A stretch of DNA of 64,000 bases from positions 1-64,000 of the forward strand of contig MU626282.1 in NCBI GenBank assembly GCA_025603075.1, written 5' to 3'. The notes beneath the pieces are model-generated. The model was not told the DNA's origin, did not search any database, and saw nothing but the letters and a program-made list of their open reading frames with translations. This document shows positions 1 through 12,826 of the stretch, piece after piece. Positions within the stretch are counted from its first letter, which is position 1, and every line of letters starts with the position of its first letter. This DNA is from Neoconidiobolus thromboides FSU 785. Its lineage: Eukaryota > Fungi > Entomophthoromycota. Position numbers and translations under genes: made by a program.

Positions 1-212
1 TATTAAGAAAACTTAGTGGCTTTATTAAATGTTCGAGATATCAGGGATTAATTCAGTTAAAAAGCCTCGAACTATTATACTCTGTAAACTCTTTTATACT
101 CTGAAAAGTATAAGTATCAAAATGAGAAGATAATATTCTTTTGGGTGGAACTAGAAATTCTCATAACAAATCAAAATAATTAACCATGGGACTGACGAAG
201 CGATATTTCACA
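1..212 (+). mobile_element. Partial solo LTR (runs off window start), same family as 53220-53682, with an internal deletion of about 65 bp
   Basis: Position 1 aligns to 53408; about 11 differences in about 172 nt by eye; ends in the same terminus GCGATATTTCACA at 212; lacks the segment equivalent to about 53581-53645. Confidence 0.8.
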
Positions 213-735
213 GCTTTGAAATTTAATGTTTTTTCAAGTACCCCCTCAGAAACTGTCCCATTTTTAATATTGATTTGGGGTATTATAATTAATTCAATAT
301 GAAACCTACAGAACCAACACTTTAAGTACACAATAATATAGTATTTTTAAATATAATCGAGAATGATAAATACTTATTAATTACTATTGATTAAAAGATA
401 GACGTCCAAAGTTTAGTCTTTCAATTTTCGGGACAATTTATATTTGCACTGTATACTTGAATTGGAGAGTATTTAATATCAAAATATTAGAACGTTGAAT
501 GGAAACTTAGCTTAAGTAAATGCTTAAACCTTTTAGTGCTTTTCTATAAGAAGTATACTGGGGAATATAAGAAAAGGCAACATTGATATTTACAAAACGT
601 CGGAATGTACAATAAAATGTTTTCATGATTCTAACAAAGTGTTAGAAATTATATTATAGATACAATCTATATATTATAACTACCAATACAACTAAATAGA
701 AAATGGTGAGCTTATGGACTATAACAATTTCTAAG

Positions 736-840
736 ATATGGGGATGTACCTTTTTGGTTTCATCCCTTTTTTATTTTTTTAAGCGCTGTTTGAGTGGAAA
801 TATTGTTAGTAAAATTCTTGAAAAAAATATATCCCCATAT
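736..840. mobile_element. ~105-bp MITE-like element, copy 1
   Basis: ATATGGGGATGT ... ATATCCCCATAT termini; core AAGCGCTGTTTGAGTGGAAA. Confidence 0.9.
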
Positions 841-1475
841 TTTCAATAAAATAAATTTAATGCCTATTTTTGAAATCCAAATTAAAAATCCAATCCCAGT
901 AAAAAGTGACTTGCTTGTGAGTCTTTTTTAATGAATTGGATAATTTATTGATGTTTTGATTTTAGAAAAACAGCCAGATCGAAATCAAAGAAAGTTAAAC
1001 ATAGTAGGGTTCTATAATAGCATACTGAATAAAACAATAAGTAAAATTTGTAAGAAGTAACTATTTCTATAAAAATAAAGGCTTGTAAAGAAATAGCTAC
1101 AAGTTTGATAATTCAAGATTGAATTGCTTTGAATTCATGAAGTTATTTAGCTATTACAAAAAATTCGGTAATTTTTAAAATCAGCAAAATGTAGAACAAT
1201 AGGCAAAAAACTTTGATTTTTAAAATTTTAATCGCAACAGCTCCTTATTAAGTAATTTGCAATTTAAAATACAGTTTTAAGAATATTCAATCACGCATAT
1301 AATTGTAGTGTATAATTGTAATATTATAAGTGTGGTATTACAGTATAATTTAGAAAATTAAGTATTAAAATATATCATTAAGATAATGGTTTAATACTAG
1401 TATTTTATAGAAACTTAAAGTGAAATAAAACTGAGACAATTAGAAAACATTAGACTTTTATATTAATCTAATATA

Positions 1476-2225
1476 TTAAAGGGAAGCGTAAATGGCAAGA
1501 GAAGCTAAGAAAAAGGTAGGAGTGGAAAGGGTGAGAGCGGAAGAGCTTCCTTTTCCAGAATCAGAGTCTTTGCTATCAGATTTTGATTTACTATTTCCTG
1601 GTTTGCAAGCACCATCAACACATTTAGCTTCGAGATGGGCAAGGTTAGTTTTACAAGAATCAGTGGAAGTAACAAGCTCAGTAGGACAAGTTTGAAGTTT
1701 TTGTGGGTTAATATTAATTCTTAAATTACCGGTTTCTTTATTAGGGCTAACTAACCAGCATACGATTTTATTGTTGGATTCATTATCTCCAATTGGAAGC
1801 TCGATCTTCAAGTTGAACAAACTTTTAACTTTGGTATATTCTTTGATTGTCCAATCTCCTAAGATAGTTTTATAAATTGGATCAGCTTCTCCATCAAGGC
1901 CCTTAGTGTCATGTTCAATCTTTCCATCCGAACCAGAAGGAATAGTAATGGTGAATTTTTTAGATTGACCACATTTTAAAAATATGATGTCTTTGGAATT
2001 AGTAGAGTTAGAGTAATAGACAACTTCATATTTCCCTGCAATTTCGGTGGTATCAGTGTTAGCAGCTTTACCTTTTGGGGCATCAGATTCTGAGCTATCT
2101 TTTGACTCATCATCTATATTCAATTAAATATTTAATATTTTAAATTGGAAAATTTACTTACCATCAGCTAAGACGAAAGGTACAGATAAAAGGACGATGC
2201 CAAATAATAATTTACTGAAACGCAT
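1476..2225 (-). CDS. Secreted, probably GPI-anchored orphan protein; exons 2225-2162 and 2113-1476
   Basis: Exon 1 encodes signal peptide MRFSKLLFGIVLLSVPFVLA-D and a GTAAGT..TAG intron joins it in frame to the ORF. Cys-containing body, Ser/Asp/Lys-rich linker, hydrophobic C-terminus GSSSALTLSTPTFFLASLAIYASL. Confidence 0.85.
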
Positions 2226-2943
2226 TTTATTTTATTAATTATTTAAAAGATGAAATAGTTGAAAGTATTTATTTAATTTATAAATTTGGAACTTTCTTTG
2301 ATTCTAAATTTAGCTTAATTCCAATTTCTATCCCTTAATTTGCCATTTCATTGGCTACATCAAGTCATTTTCGTTACCAAGTTCCTGGTCCTATTTTTTT
2401 GAAAGTCATTGCCAATTAAAAGGCTGCAATGGTTTAGTGAGATCATTTTTTGCTTTTTTTTCTATTGTGTCATTTTGTTCAAAACATTAATAGATTTCAT
2501 AATACATCTATTATTCAGTAAATAATCAAATTGTATGAGAGCGTGTGTAATTAAGTAATTCTGTTAATAACATTCTTTAGGAATAGAAGTTAAGAAAATA
2601 CAGACAATAATTTCGTATTTTAAAATTGTCTATTTTTGAATGGAAAACCATACTTTATTTTAATAATTACATTTATACATAAAATATGGCTAACAAAAAA
2701 GTGTAATCGATTTTGTGATTTAAGTCAACTATTTATTTTGTCATTGTGTTTTTATTACACTTTTATTTTTAACAAAATAAAATTATGAATTACATTTATA
2801 TTATCTCGTAACTATAACAGTTTTAATTTATCACATAACACTTTTACAGTTTTATGATTATCATATTGTTAACCTATTAAAATTATAACAATTTCCCTTA
2901 TGAATATTTTATAGTTTGTCACTATTTTGATTATATGAATAAA

Positions 2944-3044
2944 ATATTGGGAATGTATTTCTTTGTTTAAAATTTGCTGATAAATTTTCCGCTTAAATAG
3001 CGCTTAAAAATGGAGAAAATAATGAAACAAAAAATATCCTCATC
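2944..3044. mobile_element. MITE-like element, copy 2 (diverged)
   Basis: GGGAATGTATTT ... CCGCTTAAATAGCGCTTAAAAATGGAGAAA ... ATATCCTCAT. Confidence 0.85.
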
Positions 3045-3395
3045 ATAAATGTACTATAGTTTATGAATTAAATTAAACTAAATTAAATATATTAGAATAT
3101 AAATACTAAACCATTTTTATTTGGTGAACAAAGGGATAAATGTAAAAGGAGAGATGGTTTATCTATAAGTGTTATAAATTATAAGTAATAAAAAGGACTA
3201 TTCTTTATTAAATTTCATCAACAGAACATATATGCTTCCATGTGTAGAATACACTTTAAAGGCAAAATTTCTAAACTTATAAGAATTTAATAACGTCACT
3301 AGTTATTAATCATTTACCGTAACAACATATATAATTGATTATGTATATATACTTATAATTGAGTGTTTAAAGTTAATAAGAATAGAAAAATTACG

Positions 3396-3500
3396 CTATG
3401 GGACTGTTTTTTTTGGTTTCATTATTTTTCCATTTTTTAAGCGCTATTTGAGTGGAAAACTGTTGGTAAAATTCTTAAATAGAAAAATCCATCGCCATAT
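3396..3500. mobile_element. MITE-like element, copy 3
   Basis: TATGGGACTGTTTT ... AAGCGCTATTTGAGTGGAAA ... CATCGCCATAT. Confidence 0.9.
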
Positions 3501-5496
3501 AGATACTATTATAAGTATTAGGTTTTTTTGATTTTTTTCTAGATTTATTTTAACTTTCAAGAATAAGCAAAAAACTTATGTGTAGTTATTGCTAAAGGAA
3601 GATGGATAAATCTTTAATATTAGTTCATGTCATTAAATTTTATTTTAATGCCTTCGATATTTTATTTATATACTTTTTCAAGTAAGAAAATAGACTATTT
3701 TAGTATTTTCAAAATTAAATTTAAAAATCAAAATTAAATCATTCATGCAATAGATATACACATATTAGTTATCTCATTTTTAGCAACTCTCCCTACAACT
3801 AATAATAATAATAGTAATATGTAGTACCCTTATTAAAACATAAACCACTAACGTTTATAATACATTACCCGGGTTAACCTAATACATACCCAATTCAAAA
3901 GTAATATACAGGTATGCTAATAAACCTGAAATCTAAGTTATAAAAATATCGATAGTTCCAAGCATTAAACCCATAAATGTGGAGGAATAAAATTAAACCG
4001 GGTAGATAGGAGAATAAACTGGCGACTTAGCTAAGGGGTTGGTAAAATGGTCCCACCTTTTAAGTTTATAGAAATAAGAACTTAAAATGACTATTTACAT
4101 ATTAAATATTACCATGTTCTTGGATAACCTTATATAGTAAATTTAATTAAGGTGTATTTTAACAAAAATTGAAGCAATTTTATAAAGTGGAAAATAAATG
4201 GGGGTTGTAAGTTGTGTTAAAAAGTTTGTTATTTAATAAAGTTAAAAGTTATTATGCAATTCTTTTTAAAAGAGTGATAGTTTAAAGGAGTTGATTTCAT
4301 AATACAATGTTCTTTTATAAGGATTTCAAACTTTCTGCTAAAAGAAAAGATTATTGAATACTTATAATACTAGTTAGTAACAAATAGATAAAATTATTGA
4401 TTAGCTTCATCAGTCACTTATTATTTACAATTTATATAAAAAGAGGTAATTGTATAAAGGATTTAATAGTATAAAAGAATATGTTACCTTAAATCATTTT
4501 TAATATCCTTGATAGTATTTAATACTAAATTAAAATTTATTAAATCATTTCAACTTTGTTAAAAATAAATATTTATTTAAAAATAGGATAAAATAGAAAT
4601 TAAACCTATAGCATTACTTCAATTCATTGTTAAACTTTAAAAGTTATAATTATTAATATGAACCTTAAATATATTTTAATAAAACAATAGTCATATACAT
4701 ATGTAATAATTCATATAGGCTTGTTTACTAGGATAGTAGGACCTTTAACCAAATGGGAGAAAAACGAAAATAAAAAAGATCAGGAGGAATATTAATTTTT
4801 AATATTTAGTGTGAAGATTTAACAAGAAAAAACCGGACTGCGTATTAAAGAATCAGATGGCAAAAAAATAAGGAGAAAAAAAAAGGCAAATATGGGGTTT
4901 AATGAATTTTTTATCCTTGGTTCTGTATACTAATACTACTATCATTTTGTAGTTTTTTAAAAAAAATTAACACATTTATTTTTTTGATGATTTTTTACAT
5001 AGTTTGCTTATATTTGTTATAGTTTTAGAAATCAAGGTATAATGTTTAAGGTGTGGGTACCAGTTACTTTTTTGAAATTATATAAATAGATTTCAAGATT
5101 TCAAGATTTCAAGAGAAATACGTGAATATATACAATAAATACTTATATTTTGAAATAATAAGTTATGTCACATATTAAGTTAACAAGGTAAAACTTATGA
5201 TATAAATTAAAAATAATATTACTAACCCTTAAAATAAACAATGAATTGATGTTGGGGTTAATAATTGTTGGTTATGTTTGAGTTGAAATTATTGGCCCAA
5301 TTCTTATTATGAGCTAATTAAATAATATTTATCTATCTAATAGTATAATATTATTTAGCTTATCCTTATGAAAGTAGGATTTTTTTAATGTTTAAGGGCT
5401 TGACTTATCTGTAAGATACTTAGAAAATTTAAAAAGTATAAATAGAAATAGAAATACAGCATTAAATTTTAATACTCATTTAACTTAATTTAAAAT

Positions 5497-6231
5497 ATGA
5501 ACTTTAATAAATATAATCAATTTCAACATGTCATTGAATTCAGTGACTTAGAACCAAGTAGTAACTCAAATCTTGAGATGAATAGTATGATGGACTTTGA
5601 ATATCCTTTACTATTCAGCCCCCCTTTCTTTCCAAATATGGACCATTTTGAAATGCTTTCACCAAAATTAGAGTATTTTGAGCAGGACTCAATGTTTACT
5701 GACGAATGCATGAACCTTCCTAGTGAGAAAGTGTTTGATGCGGCAACTATGAGACAGTTGCCTTATGGTGAAAAGGGAAAGGGTCAACCATTAAAAGAAA
5801 AGAGGATGGTGAGGACTTATGAAGAAGAGATCAAACAACATTTTAAAAACGGTAAAAAGGAAGAAACAATTGAAGCTTTGGTGAAGGCCGAGGGAAGACT
5901 CTTTAAATGCAAACATCAGGGTTGTTTAAAGAGATTCAAAAGAATGGAGCACCTAAAGCGTCACTTTATTTCTATTCATACTAATAACAGACCCCATAAA
6001 TGTACGTTTCCAGAATGCAATAAGGAGTTTGCTAGATCTGATAACTTAAAGCAACATTTAAAAGTTCATTATAATAATTCAAGTTATATGACTAATGTTA
6101 AAGTGGAGGGTAGTATCAATAGTGTCTTTAGTTTAGACTTAAGTAATAGTAATGATTATCTTGATTTAATGGACCCTAATTCACCATCAAATCCAGATTC
6201 TAAATCAAAGTTTAATGTGATCTATTATTAA
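5497..6231 (+). CDS. C2H2 zinc-finger transcription factor (two fingers, Msn2/4-Seb1/SteA-finger-like)
   Basis: CKHQGCLKRFKRMEHLKRHFISIH and CTFPECNKEFARSDNLKQHLKVH; acidic N-terminal region. Confidence 0.9.
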   Translation: MNFNKYNQFQHVIEFSDLEPSSNSNLEMNSMMDFEYPLLFSPPFFPNMDHFEMLSPKLEYFEQDSMFTDECMNLPSEKVFDAATMRQLPYGEKGKGQPLKEKRMVRTYEEEIKQHFKNGKKEETIEALVKAEGRLFKCKHQGCLKRFKRMEHLKRHFISIHTNNRPHKCTFPECNKEFARSDNLKQHLKVHYNNSSYMTNVKVEGSINSVFSLDLSNSNDYLDLMDPNSPSNPDSKSKFNVIYY

Positions 6232-6325
6232 TACTTGTTGAGTTTATGTGTTTTTAGTTAATATTTATGTAGTTATTTTTCAATATGAAATAATGTTAGT
6301 GTTTTAATAAATTGATTTTTTTAAT

Positions 6326-6419
6326 ATTTTTTATTTTTTATTTTTATTTTTATTTTTATTTTTATTTTTATTTTTATTTTTATTTTTTATTTTTATTTTT
6401 ATTTTTTATTTTTTATTTT
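6326..6419. repeat. (TTTTTA)n-type microsatellite
   Basis: About 94 bp of T5-6A units about 100 bp after the zinc-finger gene stop. Confidence 0.9.
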
Positions 6420-6970
6420 GATATTAAGTATCTACTAATATTAAACTTATGACTTTAATTAGACTAATAATGGTTTTTGATACTTTATATATTTAAAGCA
6501 TATAATGATCTAAACGTTTTTTCTAGCATTGTTTTGACTATATTAATAGCAGATAACTAATTATTGACAAATGAATCTATAAAATATGGTAATTTAATTT
6601 AATAATCAGAACTATCTGAAACCATTTTTATAAAATAATATTAATACTATTAAGTATCCTTTTTCTTGTTTCTGGTACTGTTGTGTCAAATAAGATGTTT
6701 ATACGATAGTAGAGTAATTTTATAACTTATGTACATTGTATAATTATTGTAAACTTTTTAAACTTTAACTACTATTTTATTTTGTAAATAAAATTTATCT
6801 AATAATGACTTACTAGAGCGAATTTATTTAGCATGAATTATAAGGGATAAAATTCATGCAATCAAGTTTGAAGGGCATACATTCAAGAAAGCAGGATAAA
6901 TCAAAAATAGAATATTTTTTATTTATCCTTAAAAATAAAGTACCACATGATAACTAGCAATCATTCAACT

Positions 6971-8548
6971 TTATAATAAACTAGTCTTATTAATCTGGGC
7001 CAATCTCATAGATTGACGAATACCAAAATCCAGCATAATTTCTTCAGAACCACCAGGTATAGAAGCAGCACGAACATCTCTATAAAGCCTTTCTATTTTC
7101 TCCCCTTTACCGCCTCTAGTATACGCTAAGCCACCAAAAATTTGTGTAGCTTCAGTTGCGCAATAGGCATAAGTCTGGGTAGCTTGGGCCTTGAGTAAGG
7201 CAATTGCCCCTGAAAGGTGAGTAATTTGTTTTTCAACTGTAAATGTATCATATTGATGGGTCACTGCTTCAAGCCAGTGATGGGTAGCTTCAATATTACG
7301 CACCATATGAGCCAACTTGTTTCGAATTACTGCATGATCAATCAACCGTTTTCCAAATGTTTTACGTTGATGAGCATACTTAAACGCCTCTTCATAGCAT
7401 ACTCTAGCACTCCTATTTGATTGAGCTATAATCAATAGACGTTCATTATTGAAATTATACATCATATATTTGAACCCTTGATTTTCTTTTCCGATTAGAT
7501 TGCCTACTGGTACCTTGACATCTTTTATTGTAACAAATGCTGTCCCTGATCCCCAAATACCAGTACAATGCATCTGTTTCGTTTCCAATCCCTCCATACC
7601 CCTTTCCAGCAACAAAAGGGAGATCCCTGCCATCCCCGGCTTATCACTTGTCCTCACAGCAACAGTAAAATAGTCTGCAAATGTACCATTAGTTATCCAT
7701 TTCTTTTGTCCATTAACGATAAAGTGCTTTCCATCCTTACTAAGTTTTGCGCTTGCTTGTATGTTTGCTACATCGGACCCTGCATATGGTTCAGTAATTG
7801 CCAAACACATAAATTTTTCTCCATTTAAGCAAGGTTCGATAATTCTATTCTTAAGTTCTTTTGATCCAAAATAAGCCACAGGTGGGAGCCCAATGGCCAT
7901 ACCACCATTGAGAGCTGCTGTTAAACCACTGCTACCACATCTCGAAATTTCATCAACAACGATCATAGAGTGAAATGAATCAAACTCATTAGGTTCAATA
8001 ATCCCCATAATTGGTTTCTTTTGGTATCTACGCACAATATTTTTACCACACAAGGCAGCTGTTATACCAAGTTTCCCAGCTTGCATCAATACCTGTTTAG
8101 GGACTGAATTGGCTTCACTCCATTCATGGGCATATGGCATCAACTCTTTATCAGTAAATTCACGTAAAGCTTTACGTAGTTTACGATGTGATTCTTTGTA
8201 GTAGAAAGAGTTCCAGTTCTGATACCAAGATGGATCACCAAATGGGATCAAGTCGCCAAAAGCAGTTTCGGACAAACTAGGGTTAATTTGGTTAGCAGCC
8301 ACCTTTGACTCAAGTTGACCAATACAAAGCTCTGAAATGTATTTTTCAAGCACTTTTTTTGAGTGAAAGGCGTTAAATTGAGAAGTTGCATCCGTACCAG
8401 CTACTTTTAATAAAATTATTTTGCCACCTGGATGCAATGATAGAAATTTAGTTACATCAAATACTTTATTGTCAATTATTATCCAGCAATCTTCTTCTTT
8501 GTTATGCTTTTGTATCTCACTGAGTGAGATTGATTTTATAGTTGGCAT
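6971..8548 (-). CDS. Acyl-CoA dehydrogenase with N-terminal cytochrome b5-like domain
   Basis: HPGG heme motif and DATSQF in the N-terminus; CLAITEPYAGSDVA, NGQKKWITNG, ATQIFGGLAY and IPGGSEEIM ACAD motifs; single exon. Confidence 0.95.
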   Translation of the reverse strand: MPTIKSISLSEIQKHNKEEDCWIIIDNKVFDVTKFLSLHPGGKIILLKVAGTDATSQFNAFHSKKVLEKYISELCIGQLESKVAANQINPSLSETAFGDLIPFGDPSWYQNWNSFYYKESHRKLRKALREFTDKELMPYAHEWSEANSVPKQVLMQAGKLGITAALCGKNIVRRYQKKPIMGIIEPNEFDSFHSMIVVDEISRCGSSGLTAALNGGMAIGLPPVAYFGSKELKNRIIEPCLNGEKFMCLAITEPYAGSDVANIQASAKLSKDGKHFIVNGQKKWITNGTFADYFTVAVRTSDKPGMAGISLLLLERGMEGLETKQMHCTGIWGSGTAFVTIKDVKVPVGNLIGKENQGFKYMMYNFNNERLLIIAQSNRSARVCYEEAFKYAHQRKTFGKRLIDHAVIRNKLAHMVRNIEATHHWLEAVTHQYDTFTVEKQITHLSGAIALLKAQATQTYAYCATEATQIFGGLAYTRGGKGEKIERLYRDVRAASIPGGSEEIMLDFGIRQSMRLAQINKTSLL

Positions 8549-8780
8549 TTTTTTCGGAGTTGTTCAAAAGAGGTTGAAACAATTTTGATTAGATTTTGAT
8601 TATCTTTAAATCTCGAAAATTGTATTAACCTTTTTAATGTTCATAGAATTGTTGAATTCAAAGCTGTTGGACTTAGTTATAAAATAGTAGGTTTATTGCT
8701 AAATTAAGTAATTCCAAAGCTATATTTGGGTTTGAGCTACTTAAATCTAATCATCTATCCTGTCAATGTAACATTGAAAA

Positions 8781-8880
8781 ATTGAGGATATATTTTTTTC
8801 AAATTTTTACTAACAATTTTCCACTCAAATAGTGCTCAGAAGATGGAAAAAGTAATGAAGCCAAAAAAACGCTCCCAATT
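8781..8880. mobile_element. MITE-like element, copy 4
   Basis: TTGAGGATAT ... CCACTCAAATAGTGCTCAGAAGATGGAAA ... CGCTCCCAAT. Confidence 0.85.
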
Positions 8881-9545
8881 ATTAAACCAGTTGAAGACAT
8901 TTAAGAGAGAATAGAATAAATATCAATACTATGATTGTAGTAAAGGAAATGTAAAGCATCTTGACATATTATAGTGAAACAACACAAATAGAATATTAAA
9001 AATTACCAATTAAATACAGGATGTTTGTTGAATTTATTATTCGAATATTCGATGGTTCATAACAAGATTAAGTTGTTTTACATCTTTAAATGTCCTTTTT
9101 ACAAAGAAACGTTGAATTAAATATTTTATAAATATTTAACTCATATGAGGAACTTCGATATCCATAATGAGAAAATAAATTAATACTATTTATTTAAAGA
9201 TTCTAATATCTATTTATATACAATTTGATAAAAAAAGTGATTTGATTGATACCAAAAAATAGGTAGCTTCTGCTTTAGTAATATATGATGTTATATAATA
9301 AAATTATGGTAATTGTTGTATGGCATAAATAAGTATTAGATCAAATCAATTTTGCTTTTGACATTTATTAAAAATAATTTTTCGTATATAATAATATTTT
9401 GTATGTTTATTGTGTATTTTTATTGTGTATTTTTCTTTATAATTATTACAAAACAACAAAATACTGTAAAACATCAAAAATATCATATTATTTTTATTAT
9501 CGTAAACAAATGATATATCAATAAACTAAATAGGGCCTCCAACAA

Positions 9546-11084
9546 TTAAACATTTTTAACATTAAAAATGGCTAATAATGGGAGTAATAAGTAAATGATA
9601 AAGAAATCAATAGTCATAAAGAAGGATGTGAAAATCAAATGAATGATACTCAAACTTGAACTTGGAACAACTTTAGCAGGTTCTTCATCGACTTGAAATG
9701 GTAGCTCAATATTCAAATTCTTTAATACTTTTAAACTAGATAGTAATCCATCCTCATGGAACCCATACCCAGTCCAAGCACCAACAAAGGAAAGTTGACG
9801 ATCTGGTTGATTCTGTATTAAATTCAACTGTTGTTGAGCTTCAATTAGCTAATAGACAATAATTATGTAAATAAATATTTAGAAAATAATAGTGAGCTTA
9901 CTTCCATACTATAAATAGGATGATGATAGACCACTTGTTTAATAATAGAATCTTTGCGTGGAGGTATTGTAGGATTTAAAGTAACAAAGAAATTGCTATA
10001 TTTAGAAACATCAATGGATTGTAATATGTTCATCCAGTATGTTAAACATATATTTGATCCCTCGTATTTTTCATTACATATATAATTCCAGCTACTCCAG
10101 GCTAATTTATTTATTGGCATTAACTAAACAAATAGGACTTGAGAAAATAAAATAAAAATTTAATGATAAAATTACCGTCTCATCTTTATGTAAAAATGCA
10201 ATATTTTCACTATACTTAACTTTTGATAAGATATATCTTTCATTGACACTAGCGTTAGCCCCCAATAATTCCAATGACTGATCACCATGGGTAGCCATAA
10301 TAACGTGATCAAAATACTCTTCACTACCATCCTTAGCCTTTACTAAAACTTGATTTCTTCCTTCATTAATTACTGGTTTAACCTCTTCGATTGCACAATT
10401 CAATCTTTTATCATCAAGCTTTTCGAGTACTTTACTCACATAACTTTGTGAACCATTTTTTATAGTCTTCCATTCTGGTCTACCTTCCACTTGCAATAAG
10501 CAATGATTCAACATAAACTGGATTAATGTTCTGGCTGGAAACTCCATAAAGCATTTATCTGGACTTGTAGACCAGATGGCGGCTGACATGGGGATTAAAT
10601 AATCTTGTATAAAGCCAGGGCCGTATTGATTTTTAGTTAGATATTGATTAATTGTCCATTCAAAATTGGTAGTCAAATATCTTGGTGCTAAATAATTAAA
10701 TCTCATAATATCATAAATCATTCTGTAGAAACGTAGGTTCAATAAGTTCTTAGGCTGACAAAATAAGGTCAACAAGTTTGTACCACTCCATTCTAAGTTT
10801 CCATGCTGTTTGGAAACAGCAAAACTCATGACAGAAGGGATGTAGTCAACTTTTAATAAGCTTAGAAATTTCAAAAAATTGGGGTAATTTAATTCATTAA
10901 ACACAATGAAACCGGTGTCAATTGATACTTTGTCTCCATCCTCGGTAATGTGTTCTGCCGTGTTAGTATGGCCACCGAAATAATCTCCTTTTTCATATAA
11001 AGTTACCTTATGTTCACTGTATTCTTGGATAAAATAGGCACTGCTTAAGCCGGAGATGCCAGAACCTATAACTGCTATTTTCAT
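9546..11084 (-). CDS. NAD/FAD-binding flavoprotein, COG2907 / amine-oxidase-like; exons 11084-10176, 10123-9902, 9848-9546
   Basis: KIAVIGSGISGL dinucleotide-binding motif, GGHTNT, IDTGFIVFNELNYPNF, AWSSWNY, LTYWMNILQ, YHHP, GAWTGYGFHEDG; two GT-AG introns join the three ORF pieces in frame. Confidence 0.92.
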
Positions 11085-12147
11085 TTTAATTTTTAAAAAT
11101 TTTTATGACTCTGTCAATTACCCTTTCATTTATACTCATTTTGATCTCCCTGAATATTACACATAATCTCGATTTTATTGGATCGTAATTTAAGGGAGTA
11201 AATTTTGTGATATGGGGATCGAATATATTCCATGATGGGTAAAGTTGATAAACCGGTTAACTTGAAAAATAAGAACTTCTAGTAAAATTTTTGTAAGAAT
11301 AATCTCAAAATTAAACAAAAAGACGATTTTCATAAAAATTATTATCTATTTCAATATCTGGTGAAAAGGCAGTAGAAGAATAAAATTATAGGTTTAAATG
11401 AACCCCATATACGTTCATCTATTAGCCTTTAATGATTATAATTTAAATTAAACTATTCATATACTTATTAAGTGAATAGGAATATAATCATTTAATTAAG
11501 TCAAATCTCAATAACTCAATTTTAAACTTTAAAAATAGGTGACTTATTTTTTACACAAGTTATTTTACTGCTTTTTACAATATTCCATTAAAAATAAAGT
11601 AAAGTGAACTTAATTAGTATTTAGCTCTAGTCTTTACACGAATTTACTACTAGTCATCAAATCTATATAAATTAACTAAAAAATCTACAATAGCTATCTA
11701 AAAGTGAAATATTATCAAAAATTACTATCTTCTTTTTACAAAATAAATTAAGGTACTTTACTAACATAATTTCAATTTTAAACTGATTTCAAACTTAAAC
11801 TGAACTGAACTGAACTAATTTGCAGCATTTTTAATTTAAGGTTTATTTGACCTTAATTTTACTCAAGACACCTTAAAAAACTAAAGTATTAAATTACAAA
11901 TTGTTTTAATAATACAAAGATAAATTAAACTAGATAATAGATAATAATAAAATAATGATAGAGTAAAATTAAAGCTCCATCTTAAATTAAATTTAACGTA
12001 AACAATTCTAATTAATAAGCATCAAGCTTTTAAAAAGCTGAGACTGGGATAAAAACCAAGCAATAGTTATGATTGGATACTACAAAAAGTGAAATAAATT
12101 AAAAATAATAACTTCACAAACTTTTTTATAACAAACAAATTGTAACG

Positions 12148-12826
12148 ATGACCTTAATAGAGGTACAAAAGAACCCACCATTGACACAAAATTTGGATAC
12201 TTCATGTCAGGTTAATTTAAATTCTTCTTGGACAAATTATAGGGGTAAGCTTAATACTTGCTTTTAGCGACTAGTTTAATGATTTTTTATTCATATTATC
12301 TCAATTTAACAGGGGCTTGGACTGTACACTTTGCAGTAATATTAGCCTTAAAGGTGATTTATTCCTGTATACCTATCATATCAAAGGAGCTGAGTTGGAC
12401 ATTGACTAATGTCACTTATAACTTTGTAATTATTGTTTGATAAATTGATATTTAATTTAAGCTAACGGATTTAAATAGCTAAGTTTTTGGATCTTTCATA
12501 CAATGACAGGTATTCCGTTTCAATTTAATCAAGGGGCTTACGACCATTTAACTTTATGGGAACAGATCGATAATGAAGCTCAGTATACTGCTACGAAGAA
12601 ATACCTTACTGCGTTACCAATTGCATTGTAATATTTTATTATTTTAAGAGAGAGTATTATTAACTAACCTCAAAAATCTAGGTTTATTTTAAGCACACAT
12701 TTTAGCCGTTACGATTTAGCTATGTTTAGTGTTAATTTATTGTTTTTATTAATTACCTTGATTGCTAAACTTCCCTCAATGCATAAGGTCAGGCTTTTTG
12801 GTATCAATCTAGTTCAAGTGGAGTAA
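12148..12826 (+). CDS. ORM1: ORMDL/Orm1-family regulator of serine palmitoyltransferase (4 exons)
   Basis: Spliced translation includes SWTNYRGAW, SWTLTNVTYN, GIPFQFNQGAYDHLTLWEQID, KKYLTALPI, AKLPSMHKVRLFGIN. Confidence 0.92.

Noticed and set aside
238-435. Possible small TIR element (AAACTGTCCC ... GGGACAATTT)
   Set aside because: Short imperfect match, no target duplication, no second copy.
2665-2800. 13-bp direct repeat enclosing an 11-bp inverted repeat
   Set aside because: Plausible by chance at this AT content; single occurrence.
11210-11219. Isolated ATATGGGGAT resembling a MITE end
   Set aside because: No core or second terminus follows.
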